Below, in pieces: positions 18,571 to 28,706 of a stretch of 64,000 nt of DNA (its first letter is position 1; every line of letters starts with the position of its first letter). The DNA is from a phage: sequence record PZ338878.1. One strand, written 5' to 3'. The notes under the pieces are model-generated. The model was not told where the DNA came from. It saw only the letters and a program-made list of their open reading frames with translations, and made no database searches. Made by a program: the position numbers and the translations under genes.

Positions 18571-20366
18571 AAATGTTTCTCCCTTTCTAGTACCTCTTGC
18601 ATTTTACCTTTGTTATAAGGGCGAGAGTTAGGGGCAGAAAGGTATCCTGACACTCTTCTGATCACAGATATGGATTCTTCTTCATGATTACCGCAACTTG
18701 GACACTCGAAGCCTTTAGCCGTTGCTTTAAATTCACCATGAAAACCACATTTGAAACACTGATCTACAGGTTGGTTCACGCCAAAATAAGGAATTTTATT
18801 GTAGGCATAATCTACAAGAGTTTCCAGTGCTTGCAAGTTATTTTTAAGGTTTGGTGTTTCTACATAACCTATGTTCCCACCATTACTAATTTGTGCAAAA
18901 CCTTCCTCATAATCCCATTTTTGGAACGGGGTAGTGTGCATCCATACAGGTTGATGGAAAGAGTTTGTCAAGTAGTCACGATCAATAGAACCAGGATAGC
19001 GATCATTTAATGCTTTGGCAAATTTATAGCACAAGGATTCTGCTGGTGTTCCATACAAACTAAAAGCTAAACCAGAACGTTCTTTAAATGTGCAACAGAT
19101 ATCCTTCATATATTGAAGGATGTTTTTACCCATTGCTTTTGGATTGGTGTTATTTGGGTATAAAATCTCCATAGCTTCTGCTAAACCTACATAACCGATA
19201 CTAATAGAGGCATAGCCACCTTCAAATAGTTTACCAATCTCTTCATTAGCTTCTAATCGAGCTAAAGCCCCTTCCATAAACAATGTAGGGTTTTGAGATG
19301 CTTTGGTATGTCTAATACGGTTAACACGTAGCATATGTGCCTTATACGCCATCTCCATATGTTGTTCCAACAGTTCAGTAAATAAGATGCCCTTTTCACG
19401 GGACTCTGCTGCAATGATAGGTAAGTTTAAAGAAACTACGCCTAAGTTGAAACGACCATCATATTTTTCACCTTGCTCTGTTGCATAGTATGACAAGAAA
19501 CTACGGCAACCCATGCTTGTGACGCGACCATCTGAAGATCCTGTAACTTCTTTGTTTAAAGGTACAGAGATAAAATCAGGATAAATGCGTTCAGCACAAC
19601 ACTCCATTGCCAGTTGCTTCAAATCATAGTTTGGATCACCAGCTTTCATGTTAACACCATCTTCCAAGAAGAAGATAACTTTAGGAAACACAGGAGTTAC
19701 CCTATCTTTTCCTAATCCTTGTTTGTGCACCATTAGGTAGTTTTTAGTGATCATTCTACCAAAAGCAGAGGTATCCAAACCTAAACTAATTGTTATAAAA
19801 GGTGACTGACCATTTACACTCATTAGGGTGTTCACCTGGTAGATTAAAGTTTGCATTGCATCATAGACCTGTTTATCTACCATACGCATAGCAATATCAT
19901 AATCGCCAACATCGGCATATATTTTATTAAAACTTGCTTTAACGTATTGACTAAGCCCAGTATCAATATGTGCACAAGTTTGTCCACCATATTGGCTAGA
20001 AGCTACTGCTTGAATAATTTGAGTTAGAACAGTAGTTGCTACACCGATAGATTTTGGTTTTTCAATATGTGCATTACCAATACGGAAACCGTTCTCAAGC
20101 ATATCTTGGTAATTTACCAGGCAACAATTAGTTAAAGGTGAGAGTAAATAATCTAAATCGTGAATGTGACCATACCCGCTTTTATGCCATTCTGCTAGAT
20201 CTTCCGGTAAAATATGGGTCATTGCCATGTGCTTGCTCAGGATACCTGCTAGTAAGTCTCGGTGAGTATTAACAATCATTGCAGGTTTGTTTGCATTTTC
20301 ACGAGTAAATTCTTCGGATGTTTGTTCGAGGAATCCGATTACATCCTCATATAGTTTTTGGGTCAT
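18567..20366 (-). CDS. nrdD: anaerobic ribonucleoside-triphosphate reductase (class III)
   Basis: Trimmed in frame to ATG 20366 (GGAGGA upstream); C-terminal zinc ribbon CFKCG...CPSCG and glycyl-radical motif RVSGY. Confidence 0.85.
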   Translation of the reverse strand: MTQKLYEDVIGFLEQTSEEFTRENANKPAMIVNTHRDLLAGILSKHMAMTHILPEDLAEWHKSGYGHIHDLDYLLSPLTNCCLVNYQDMLENGFRIGNAHIEKPKSIGVATTVLTQIIQAVASSQYGGQTCAHIDTGLSQYVKASFNKIYADVGDYDIAMRMVDKQVYDAMQTLIYQVNTLMSVNGQSPFITISLGLDTSAFGRMITKNYLMVHKQGLGKDRVTPVFPKVIFFLEDGVNMKAGDPNYDLKQLAMECCAERIYPDFISVPLNKEVTGSSDGRVTSMGCRSFLSYYATEQGEKYDGRFNLGVVSLNLPIIAAESREKGILFTELLEQHMEMAYKAHMLRVNRIRHTKASQNPTLFMEGALARLEANEEIGKLFEGGYASISIGYVGLAEAMEILYPNNTNPKAMGKNILQYMKDICCTFKERSGLAFSLYGTPAESLCYKFAKALNDRYPGSIDRDYLTNSFHQPVWMHTTPFQKWDYEEGFAQISNGGNIGYVETPNLKNNLQALETLVDYAYNKIPYFGVNQPVDQCFKCGFHGEFKATAKGFECPSCGNHEEESISVIRRVSGYLSAPNSRPYNKGKMQEVLEREKHF

Positions 20367-20379
20367 TAATCCTCCGTGG

Positions 20380-20406
20380 AAAATAAAAGCCAGCATTAAG
20401 CTGGCT
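20380..20406 (-). terminator. intrinsic terminator upstream of nrdD
   Basis: agccagc-attaa-gctggct hairpin followed by UUUUAUUU on the minus strand. Confidence 0.55.
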
Positions 20407-20455
20407 TTAGGGTGGATCTTTATTTTAAATCTTTTTCGTAAGATTGTCCTTGATC

Positions 20456-21406
20456 TTAGTCAAGGTTTTTGGTAATACGTGTACAACCATCAGAAGTCAA
20501 ACCGTCAACTTGAGTTTCCCAAGTACCATGAATATTTCGGAACAATGTTGTTACACCTTTTGGTTCATTAATAATGATTGCCATAACAAGTTTAGGATCG
20601 ATAACAGACATAATCTTTTCCTCAATACCCTCTGTAATAACATTATTGCGCACAATATTAATTGCATCTTCTTGTACAGTAAGAACACTTACGTTCTTAA
20701 GAGTATATACCTGCTGTGTAGTGTAAATGATACGAACATAACTTACAGAACGAGTAGGCACAGGTTTACGCGGTCGGCGAAAACGTGGTTTTGGTGAAGA
20801 TTCAGTTTTACTTTCATCTTTTGAATAATACTCCTCAAACAGTTTAGTAAATGTTTTTACATCAACTACAAACCGATCTTTCCGATATGGAGAATTCTTA
20901 TGTGCACCATTAATACCACTGTTTTCATCGAAGAAAGTAATGTTTTCTTCAGTTGAATACATTAGATAATGATCTGCATTTTTCCAATGTGGTTGTGGAC
21001 AACGAGGATTACAAACTGAAAGCAGATAACTAATATCTTCTTCCGTGGCATCAGTATCCAGGAAACACGTATTATGCACAGTCAGTTGTACTTTTTCAGC
21101 CATATCTTTTTCTTTATCCTCATTAGCAAGATATTCAGTACGAATAATTTCCAGAAAACCTTCAGGTGTTACTTCCATAAATGTATATTCAGGATGAAGT
21201 TCCATATATTCAAATCCACAACCATCTAACTGCTGTAGAAAGTTAGGGTAGAAGAACAAATCATTAACACTGTGAATCAGATCATTGATTTCTGCTTCAG
21301 TTGTGTAGCCAAAACTCTTGTGAATTGCTTCGTTAAGAATATGCAGGATACCCATCTCTTCTGCTGCTTTTTTAACTTCCAGTTTATTAGCGTAAAATGC
21401 AATCAT
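20456..21406 (-). CDS. hypothetical protein (316 aa)
   Basis: ORF track; no motif. Confidence 0.45.
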   Translation of the reverse strand: MIAFYANKLEVKKAAEEMGILHILNEAIHKSFGYTTEAEINDLIHSVNDLFFYPNFLQQLDGCGFEYMELHPEYTFMEVTPEGFLEIIRTEYLANEDKEKDMAEKVQLTVHNTCFLDTDATEEDISYLLSVCNPRCPQPHWKNADHYLMYSTEENITFFDENSGINGAHKNSPYRKDRFVVDVKTFTKLFEEYYSKDESKTESSPKPRFRRPRKPVPTRSVSYVRIIYTTQQVYTLKNVSVLTVQEDAINIVRNNVITEGIEEKIMSVIDPKLVMAIIINEPKGVTTLFRNIHGTWETQVDGLTSDGCTRITKNLD

Positions 21407-21423
21407 TATGTTCTCCTTCTAAA

Positions 21424-21858
21424 TTAGTTTAAAATTTCTTTTGCAATGGTAGAAGCAAGTTTTCCATCATATTGATTCGGATACTCTGCTTTAAGGTGTT
21501 TCATCATATCTGGCATTTTCTTGCCTGTCAAGGCAAATTCTTCAGCAATAGCTCGAAGATCATCTTCAGATAGCATTTCTGGTAAATATTTTTCCAGAGT
21601 GGTGATATCACGCATAGCTCGCTCACACTTGCTAAGGGAAGCATTAACTTTCTTAAGTGAGTCTAGTTCCTCTTTAGCGTGTGCAATACCAATCTTAACA
21701 ATGTTAATCATAATATCGTCTTCTGATTTGTTTAGATTTGCCTTTTGAGTACGAGCAAGGTCAAACTCACCAATAATATTAGTTAACAAAGCAAAAGCAC
21801 CCTTATCGGTTGTACGTGCTAAGATACGATCTGCTTTCATTTGTGTCACAATAGACAT
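21424..21858 (-). CDS. GatB/YqeY-domain protein
   Basis: 144 aa; LEKYLPEMLSEDDLRAIAEEF...MPDMMKHLKAEYPNQYDGKLASTIAKEIL matches the YqeY C-terminal helices. Confidence 0.55.
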   Translation of the reverse strand: MSIVTQMKADRILARTTDKGAFALLTNIIGEFDLARTQKANLNKSEDDIMINIVKIGIAHAKEELDSLKKVNASLSKCERAMRDITTLEKYLPEMLSEDDLRAIAEEFALTGKKMPDMMKHLKAEYPNQYDGKLASTIAKEILN

Positions 21859-21870
21859 TCTATTCTCCTC

Positions 21871-22443
21871 TTATTTGCTAATGCTTTGAATTTTATTTAC
21901 AACACGGTTTATTGCCAGTGAAGCCCTAGGCTCTGCAATACCTGTTGCATAGATATAAGGATGACCTTTTGGAGACTCCCTCATACCGAATGAACCTAAT
22001 TCTAAACCATATTCATCCTCTACGTCAACCCCAATATTAGTGGGTACTAAATATGTTTTAACTCCATAATAAGTAGAGAAGAAACAGCGCATAGCGTTAG
22101 CATACTCTTCAATTGTAGCATCAGGGTAGAACTCAATCAACTCCAATTTCAAGAAAATATTAAAATGAGTATCATCTAAATTTTCTTCTGTACGGTAACA
22201 TGGTGTTAGTGCCATATACGGATTACCTGCTGCAAATTCAAAACCATCCTTCTCCATTTGCAGGAAAGATTGTTCTGCACTAGCTACATAGTATTTACCG
22301 TTAGGATGCCCTAATGGGCGATCCTCTTTATTTTCTGGTAATGTGTACGCCAGTATATCAGCATCCACGAGATATGGAACTTCTAACATTTGTGCAAATC
22401 GACCATAGTAATCAATAGCTTGAGCTATTACTGCAACATTCAT
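21871..22443 (-). CDS. hypothetical protein with class II aminoacyl-tRNA-synthetase-like motif 2 (tentative)
   Basis: 190 aa; CYRTEENLDDTHFNIFLKLELIEFY resembles class II motif 2; too short for a complete synthetase core. Confidence 0.25.
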   Translation of the reverse strand: MNVAVIAQAIDYYGRFAQMLEVPYLVDADILAYTLPENKEDRPLGHPNGKYYVASAEQSFLQMEKDGFEFAAGNPYMALTPCYRTEENLDDTHFNIFLKLELIEFYPDATIEEYANAMRCFFSTYYGVKTYLVPTNIGVDVEDEYGLELGSFGMRESPKGHPYIYATGIAEPRASLAINRVVNKIQSISK

Positions 22444-22691
22444 GATCGACCTCCGCTGCGGAATGCACGTTTAGTAATGTTTGACATAGTGATCAAATCT
22501 TGAAGCGTCATATCAGGAAAATGCTGTTCAAGAACACCTTCAACAGCGCCTACAATATCTGATAACTCAATAAGTTGCATCAGCTTGCAATCTTGATCAA
22601 TAGCATCTTGAAGTTCATAAAGCTCTTCTTGAATCTTAGCAACAGAACCATATTCCTCTTTACTAATCTCCTTCAAATGATACCCTGCCAC
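22440..22691 (-). CDS. MazG-like nucleotide pyrophosphohydrolase (small)
   Basis: 83 aa; IQEELYELQDAI and ELSDIVGAVEGVLEQ acidic helix pair. Confidence 0.45.
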   Translation of the reverse strand: MAGYHLKEISKEEYGSVAKIQEELYELQDAIDQDCKLMQLIELSDIVGAVEGVLEQHFPDMTLQDLITMSNITKRAFRSGGRS

Positions 22692-22701
22692 TTTAACCCC
22701 C

Positions 22702-25476
22702 TTAGTTTACCAGTTTATTTATGTCTGGTAAAAGATTTATTTCACCTAAAAAATCACCTTCACCTTCCTCTAGCCAACTCTCATATGCTTGTGCATGATT
22801 ATAGTTACCATCAAAAGAATCTGCAACAAATTTTTCTACAGTTTTTCGAGATGTGCCAGCGCCAAATACACCAAGTTTAATACCATTGATCGGTAAAGTA
22901 GGGCTTGTTGGTACTTTCTCTGTTGCAACACGGTTGATATCTATAATCTCTTGTACAGTTGTATTCCATTGTAAGCATTTAACACAACGGGTATGCGCTA
23001 CATACAGTAAGTTTCGCTCTGCCTCTTCTAGTCCTACCCATTCACCAGTCTTTTTATCATAGTTGGAAGGAAAATCATTAGCAACAATAACCTGATCCCA
23101 CTCCAAACCTTTAGACTTATGTGCTGTAGTCAGTGTGACTTTTGCTGTAGGAGAATTTCTATGCGTTCTAAGTGTATGTGCTATAGTGTTTGCCTTGCCA
23201 GAAACTACGATGTTTAACAAGCGTTTAGCATCTGGATCAGCCTCTGCACACTCAACAAATTCATTCCAGTCTGCGTAAGGTAATACAGTTTCATGTTTTA
23301 CTTTCTCAATATCCCCTCTCCGAAGAGCATTAACACTATCCACCATAGAGATAAAATCCCTGGTATCTACGTTAATAATAATTTCTTCCCCATCTGCAAT
23401 ACGATCCATTGCCTCCATAAGCAAGGTTAAATTCTTGCGAAAGATGATAGTGTAAGGTTTTGTATAGTCTACAACATCTGATTTGTAGCTACCTACTACA
23501 GTATCAAAGCCTTTACCAACCAAAGGATGACGCAAAGGTTCTTTATCACTTAAAATCATATTCGCAATGTTTGCCACTTTGGGGCCAAAACGGAAGCAAG
23601 CAGTTAATGGAAGCTCTGCCCCATACTTAGCTGTTTCAATCATCATATTAGAGCTACCTCTAAATTGATAAATGCAGTTGTGGCTAAGAATTTCATTGCC
23701 AAAAAAGTTAGCAGTATCTTCTACTTCAATATCATAATAGATACCCTCACTATCTACAATGTCCACAATCTCTTCTGCCGTTACAGTATCACCATCTTTT
23801 ACTAACACAGACATGCCTTTAAACAAACCCGCTGCCGGAATTAAATTATATTTGGGAGTGTTCACAGAGGACATGCATTCTTTTAAAGATGCAAACGGAA
23901 CTATTTCAAGGATCTTTTGTGCAAAACTCAATGCTTCACGATAAGAATTGAAATATTTACGTACACGGTAACGACCTTCCAATTTAGCAACACTTACGCT
24001 TACACCTGCTTCAATGAGTGAGGCATAGATTGGCATTTCACTTTCTGTCCACTCAAAGCTAACTTGTGTTCCTTTACAACCTTGTGCTCGCAAAGTCACT
24101 GTTAACATTTTTCTTGCATCTACTGCACAATTGATGCTGTGCCAATGTGGATAAGCAAAATGATAGTCTTTATCCTCTAAAAGTTTAAAACCATTTTGTC
24201 CGAATTGTTCAAAGATATTGTTGATCCTTTCTTGATTAATACCGCGTGAACTTGCTTCAAATACACAAGTAGGAATGCCATATTGTAAACTGTATGCCAT
24301 TTCTTTTTCCATAGCAGCTTCACGGTTTTCAACAATATCCAACACCCACAACTTCTGTGCTTTTTCAGAACGTGTACGTTGCCCCAGTTTAGAAAAACCT
24401 TCTTTATCATCGAATTTGTTAGTGATCCCTACTCGGAAACCTAAATCTTTTCTCCACATTAGGTATACCACCATCTGATCATCTTTCAGAACATAAGGTG
24501 AAGCCCAAATACGATGGTTATGTGTCATATCTAAAGTCTTACCTTTAGCAGTAATAATATTCCTACCTTTTGTACGTGTAGATAAAGTCTTATTTGTTAC
24601 TTTTCTAAATGTAACTTTACCGTTAGAATAAGACTCTACCTTATCACCGATTTGCAGGTCTTTCATTGTAACCTGACCATTTTCGGTATTAAGTACCGTG
24701 TTTTCTGACACACATTGGAATTCATCACCAACTACCACAATTTGTTTGGCAGATTTAGCATTCCGCAGAATAGACAAGAATGCAGGGTTAACATCCTGGA
24801 ATTCATCCCCAAAAATAATGTCATAACCAAGATCAGCACCAGACAATTCAAACAATTTTACATAGGTGTCATGCGTCATCAAAGTATCTGTGTTAGGATC
24901 AATGCGCTCTCGCCACAATTGTTTTGCATACTTAACTACTTCTGTAATTAGTTTGTGTTCGTTAATACCTTTTCTTTTAATATCTGCAAGATGTACACCA
25001 GGAAAATGTTTACGGCTGATAAAAGGATCATCCGAAAATTCAAACTTACCTACGGTTTGCTTGATCATTAAACCAATCATAGCACGAGTTAAAAGTGTTT
25101 TCCCTCGTTTATCAATAAGATTATTAATCTTAAATTTCTTTGCTATCTCACTACCTGTACCTGCAACGTTAACATACTGTCCTTCTGGTCGTGACAGTTT
25201 TGCACGTAAACGATGATCCAGGAATTGATAGCAAATGGAATGCAATGTACGGCATTCTACATTTGGTGGCATCTTACGCCGTGCTTCTTCTGCCATGCTT
25301 TTATTGAAAGCTAAGTAAAGAATGCGATCTTCTGTACTGTTAGCCAGCAAATAAAGTGTTGACGTTTTTCCTGATCCAGATTTAGCTTGGATAGTTAAAA
25401 ACCGATGATCTGGAAAAGCCTCCTTAATAGCTGTTTGCTCTTCTGTTGGAGTAAAACTCAACTCTTTCTTAGCCAT
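22702..25476 (-). CDS. UvrD/Rep-like superfamily 1 DNA helicase interrupted by an intein
   Basis: Trimmed in frame to ATG 25476 (GAGAGG upstream, abuts upstream stop); Walker A AKSGSGKT, motif II FGDEFQD, motif III split as VVVGDEFQ / intein / CIYQFRGS. Confidence 0.7.
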   Translation of the reverse strand: MAKKELSFTPTEEQTAIKEAFPDHRFLTIQAKSGSGKTSTLYLLANSTEDRILYLAFNKSMAEEARRKMPPNVECRTLHSICYQFLDHRLRAKLSRPEGQYVNVAGTGSEIAKKFKINNLIDKRGKTLLTRAMIGLMIKQTVGKFEFSDDPFISRKHFPGVHLADIKRKGINEHKLITEVVKYAKQLWRERIDPNTDTLMTHDTYVKLFELSGADLGYDIIFGDEFQDVNPAFLSILRNAKSAKQIVVVGDEFQCVSENTVLNTENGQVTMKDLQIGDKVESYSNGKVTFRKVTNKTLSTRTKGRNIITAKGKTLDMTHNHRIWASPYVLKDDQMVVYLMWRKDLGFRVGITNKFDDKEGFSKLGQRTRSEKAQKLWVLDIVENREAAMEKEMAYSLQYGIPTCVFEASSRGINQERINNIFEQFGQNGFKLLEDKDYHFAYPHWHSINCAVDARKMLTVTLRAQGCKGTQVSFEWTESEMPIYASLIEAGVSVSVAKLEGRYRVRKYFNSYREALSFAQKILEIVPFASLKECMSSVNTPKYNLIPAAGLFKGMSVLVKDGDTVTAEEIVDIVDSEGIYYDIEVEDTANFFGNEILSHNCIYQFRGSSNMMIETAKYGAELPLTACFRFGPKVANIANMILSDKEPLRHPLVGKGFDTVVGSYKSDVVDYTKPYTIIFRKNLTLLMEAMDRIADGEEIIINVDTRDFISMVDSVNALRRGDIEKVKHETVLPYADWNEFVECAEADPDAKRLLNIVVSGKANTIAHTLRTHRNSPTAKVTLTTAHKSKGLEWDQVIVANDFPSNYDKKTGEWVGLEEAERNLLYVAHTRCVKCLQWNTTVQEIIDINRVATEKVPTSPTLPINGIKLGVFGAGTSRKTVEKFVADSFDGNYNHAQAYESWLEEGEGDFLGEINLLPDINKLVN
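23677..24714 (-). mobile_element. intein (about 346 aa) inserted in helicase motif III
   Basis: Insert begins CVSENTVLNT (Cys1) and ends FFGNEILSHN followed by extein Cys; removal restores VGDEFQ-CIYQFRG; coordinates from residue counting, good to a few nt. Confidence 0.6.
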
Positions 25477-25477
25477 T

Positions 25478-25954
25478 TCAACCTCTCTTAATTTGTTTAA
25501 CAAGCATAGGAACAAAATCTCGTTTTAAAATTTGTTCAATAATATGATCAGGTAGCTGTTGGAAATTATAATTAAATGCTACTGTCTCACCTTTAGGTGT
25601 TTCTACCCGCACATATAGCATGTTACGAAGTTTATCCACTTGTGCTGTATATTCTAAACCACGTAATTGATGCATTGCAAACATCAAATCATCAGTTTCA
25701 GTTTGGAATCTATCCCTTGTTTGCATCAAGGATAAGGCAAAAGGTAGATTTTCCCTAAGAGCCACCTTCTTAGGCACTAATGAAGGGAAATACTCCCCAA
25801 TAACTTCCTGTGTAAGCTGAATACACTCTTTTTCAAGCTGGTTTTGTTCCTTGAGTTCACAAACACTTTTTTGTAAAGTGTTAACCTCTTTTTGCAAAGC
25901 TGCTAGTTGAGTATTTAACTTTCTTTTTTGATTACGACCAAAACGTTTAGACAT
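25478..25954 (-). CDS. hypothetical protein (158 aa)
   Basis: ORF track; no motif. Confidence 0.45.
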   Translation of the reverse strand: MSKRFGRNQKRKLNTQLAALQKEVNTLQKSVCELKEQNQLEKECIQLTQEVIGEYFPSLVPKKVALRENLPFALSLMQTRDRFQTETDDLMFAMHQLRGLEYTAQVDKLRNMLYVRVETPKGETVAFNYNFQQLPDHIIEQILKRDFVPMLVKQIKRG

Positions 25955-25962
25955 ATCTCCCC

Positions 25963-26478
25963 CTAGTAAAACCCCTTAACAATTTGTATTAACTCGGCAC
26001 AACGGTTGACCAACTTTTCATCGTACAATACACGTTGTGGCATATGTTGTATAATATACTCCATTTGCTCATGCCATGTCCACTTTTCTTTTTTGTCTGG
26101 GATAACATCACTAGCACGAGAATTATCTTTTAATGTTTGTATAATCCAATTGCTTGGAAAGTGCTCTCCACCTTTCTTAAATGGTTTATAGTGGCCTAGA
26201 GTGAATTGAGAATCCCCTGTTAGAGCACCCAATTTATTTAGATGGATAATCAAACTACGAAACACGTAGTATTCATAGATGTTATCCACCGTATAGCAAG
26301 CATAATATTTCAAGATGCCCTTATCTCGCGGATACTTACCAACATCCAGATTACACCAGTTGACATTTTCTGGATCATAGTTGTGTTCCTTAAGCCATAT
26401 TTCTCTTTCATCAAAGTCTGGGTATATTACCGCCCTGCTTACAGAGTCAACAAGTGGAGATTGAGCATCAAAAAACAT
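25963..26478 (-). CDS. hypothetical protein (171 aa)
   Basis: ORF track; no motif. Confidence 0.45.
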   Translation of the reverse strand: MFFDAQSPLVDSVSRAVIYPDFDEREIWLKEHNYDPENVNWCNLDVGKYPRDKGILKYYACYTVDNIYEYYVFRSLIIHLNKLGALTGDSQFTLGHYKPFKKGGEHFPSNWIIQTLKDNSRASDVIPDKKEKWTWHEQMEYIIQHMPQRVLYDEKLVNRCAELIQIVKGFY

Positions 26479-26499
26479 TATATTTTCCTTATTGGTTTA

Positions 26500-26865
26500 T
26501 TAAACGTTTTCTAAATCTTTTAAGGCATTACCCAACGTTAGAACAATAACATCGTTTGCTGCCTCTTCCCCATTGATATTGGTGAAATTTGGTGTGACAA
26601 AAGTAACCATATAAAACTCGTCCACCTGGAAGACAGCAATAACACCGTCCATCTTAACATCTTGACGAAAGGAAAAACCAATCATCTTCTCTTGCAAAGG
26701 CATATCCCCTTCCTTCATTACTGCCAGGGAGTTTTCAGGAATGTTATATTTATCTGCTCCGATGTAGATGTACGTAATGTTATCTTTATCGTGATGATAC
26801 AGGGTTGCTTTTTCCATATCTAAACCTGACAGATCAAATACGTTAATTTCTTGTGTAGTCTTCAT
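26500..26865 (-). CDS. hypothetical protein (121 aa)
   Basis: Trimmed in frame to ATG 26865 (MKTTQEIN, GGGAGGA upstream). Confidence 0.4.
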   Translation of the reverse strand: MKTTQEINVFDLSGLDMEKATLYHHDKDNITYIYIGADKYNIPENSLAVMKEGDMPLQEKMIGFSFRQDVKMDGVIAVFQVDEFYMVTFVTPNFTNINGEEAANDVIVLTLGNALKDLENV

Positions 26866-27229
26866 AAATATCCTCCCAAATCCAATAATCATCTGTGTAA
26901 GTAGGATGCCTTTTATCCCACTCTGTTCTAGCCCAAGCAACCGCTGCTACCAACACATCACCATGACAAGGTTGAGGTGAGCAGAAGCAAACTAAGTCTT
27001 TCCCTTCTAATTCTAACAAATCTTCAAGAGTGATTTTACCACAACGAATTTGTTCCCACAACCACTCTTTATATCTTTGTATAGTTGATCCTCGTGGTTC
27101 ATCATCCTTTAACTTAAAAGGATTTGCAAACTTTGAGGCTTTTAACCCCATATGAGGCATAGCTCTGCCAATGTACACTGCACCTTCAGGTATTACTTTA
27201 CCTAAATGGTAGAAATTTAATACTTTCAT
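26843..27229 (-). CDS. DUF4326-family protein
   Basis: Trimmed to ATG 27229 (MKVLNF); NPFKL, RYKEWLW, GKDLVCFCSPQPCHGDVL pattern typical of DUF4326. Confidence 0.5.
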   Translation of the reverse strand: MKVLNFYHLGKVIPEGAVYIGRAMPHMGLKASKFANPFKLKDDEPRGSTIQRYKEWLWEQIRCGKITLEDLLELEGKDLVCFCSPQPCHGDVLVAAVAWARTEWDKRHPTYTDDYWIWEDIYEDYTRN

Positions 27230-27230
27230 A

Positions 27231-27581
27231 TTAACCCAAACACATCTGTGCAATCAAGCCCTGTATAAATTTATTAGCTTCTTTACTGTCGTAATCAGTT
27301 TCTTCTGGATATCCATCTTCATCGTACACAACTGTACCTTCAATATACCCTGCCTCAATTAAGGCACGGATCATATCAAATTGCCAGCATGAGTTACCAA
27401 ATGGACGTTTACCATTAAAACACTCTTCTTCTCTCCATAACGTAGAGAGTAGTTGTCGGAAATATTCCCGTACAGTGACAGTACCAAGATCTGAATCCTC
27501 AAACATAACATCCAGGGCATCAGGATTGCTTTTCTCTACATAAGGAATATATTTAACACCATTAATAGTTACATCAAGCAT
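27231..27581 (-). CDS. hypothetical protein (116 aa)
   Basis: ORF track; no motif. Confidence 0.4.
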   Translation of the reverse strand: MLDVTINGVKYIPYVEKSNPDALDVMFEDSDLGTVTVREYFRQLLSTLWREEECFNGKRPFGNSCWQFDMIRALIEAGYIEGTVVYDEDGYPEETDYDSKEANKFIQGLIAQMCLG

Positions 27582-27944
27582 TTATTTCTCCTTATCATCA
27601 TATTCTAGGAACATATCTGCACGATATGCTTTACGCTCTTCAAACTTAGCAGGATCTACAACAATAAGCAATACAAGGTTAACATCTAAATACTTCTTAA
27701 CAAATAGAAATAAATCTTTTCCACAGTTAAAACCTACACCAGTATAGGCATCCCCATATTGATCTACTGATTTAATCTTCTTACTAACCGTACATTCTAT
27801 GCTATTCTTTTCTTCTTGGTATAAGGCTTTCCCACCCCAATATGTAAAGAATTTAGTACCGTCAGCACCAAGTTTAAAACCTTCTGTTGCATGTCCAGCA
27901 AATGAAAGTAAACATAACCAAGTGATCATCAGGTACTTTAGCAT
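27582..27944 (-). CDS. secreted or periplasmic protein (signal peptide)
   Basis: Trimmed in frame to ATG 27944; N-terminus MLKYLMITWLCLLSFAGHA. Confidence 0.4.
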   Translation of the reverse strand: MLKYLMITWLCLLSFAGHATEGFKLGADGTKFFTYWGGKALYQEEKNSIECTVSKKIKSVDQYGDAYTGVGFNCGKDLFLFVKKYLDVNLVLLIVVDPAKFEERKAYRADMFLEYDDKEK

Positions 27945-27945
27945 T

Positions 27946-28428
27946 TTAACCACCCAATTGCAAATGTTTAGAAAGAACAATATCCCACTGATCACCACAA
28001 CCGTTATCTATGCGGAACATAATGTACGTATCATCTTCTTCTACAACATATAACACCTCATAGGAATTACAACAGCCTTCCCAATTTTTAACAGCCTCTG
28101 GTGTATCATGTGTAAAAATTTCATTACCATCATACGACCAAAACAAAGGGGTGAGGTTTTCGAAGGTCAGTGAAGTAGGGTTCACTTCATCTTTAACTGC
28201 TTCCTCATACTCCTTATGCGTTTGTACTGCTTTAGTTAGTGTACTCATGTCTATCTCCTTTTCTCCTTCTTGACTATGGAGGATAGCGAACTCTCTAAAC
28301 TCCACTTCACGCCATGTTTTTAAGTAGTGCTTTATAATTTTATCAACATCTGCCTGTTCAACATTACTTTTCAAGCAATAGTAATCATGGTCTTCGCCCA
28401 TTCTACCCCATATGCTATACCTTGTCAT
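27946..28428 (-). CDS. hypothetical protein (160 aa)
   Basis: ORF track; no motif. Confidence 0.4.
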   Translation of the reverse strand: MTRYSIWGRMGEDHDYYCLKSNVEQADVDKIIKHYLKTWREVEFREFAILHSQEGEKEIDMSTLTKAVQTHKEYEEAVKDEVNPTSLTFENLTPLFWSYDGNEIFTHDTPEAVKNWEGCCNSYEVLYVVEEDDTYIMFRIDNGCGDQWDIVLSKHLQLGG

Positions 28429-28696
28429 CTGATTGATCCTTTACATTGCTCTTGGTATACACAGGAATAACATCGTCGTGATCTTTATTACTTTCATCTG
28501 TTAAAGCCCAAAACAACTTACCTGCTGGATGTTTAAAGATGTAGGCAATAGGTTCCTCTTCCTGTGCTTCTTTGCTACGGATACCATCCCGCCAGGCAAG
28601 CCAAGTGTAGATCATCACTTCTTGACGTTCTTCTTCGTTAGGCCACATATGTGGTGGGAAGGTTTTATCAAACCATTGCTTAAATTCTTCGGTCAT
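28415..28696 (-). CDS. hypothetical protein (93 aa)
   Basis: ORF track; SD GGAG. Confidence 0.4.
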   Translation of the reverse strand: MTEEFKQWFDKTFPPHMWPNEEERQEVMIYTWLAWRDGIRSKEAQEEEPIAYIFKHPAGKLFWALTDESNKDHDDVIPVYTKSNVKDQSDDKV

Positions 28697-28706
28697 AATC
28701 TACTCC

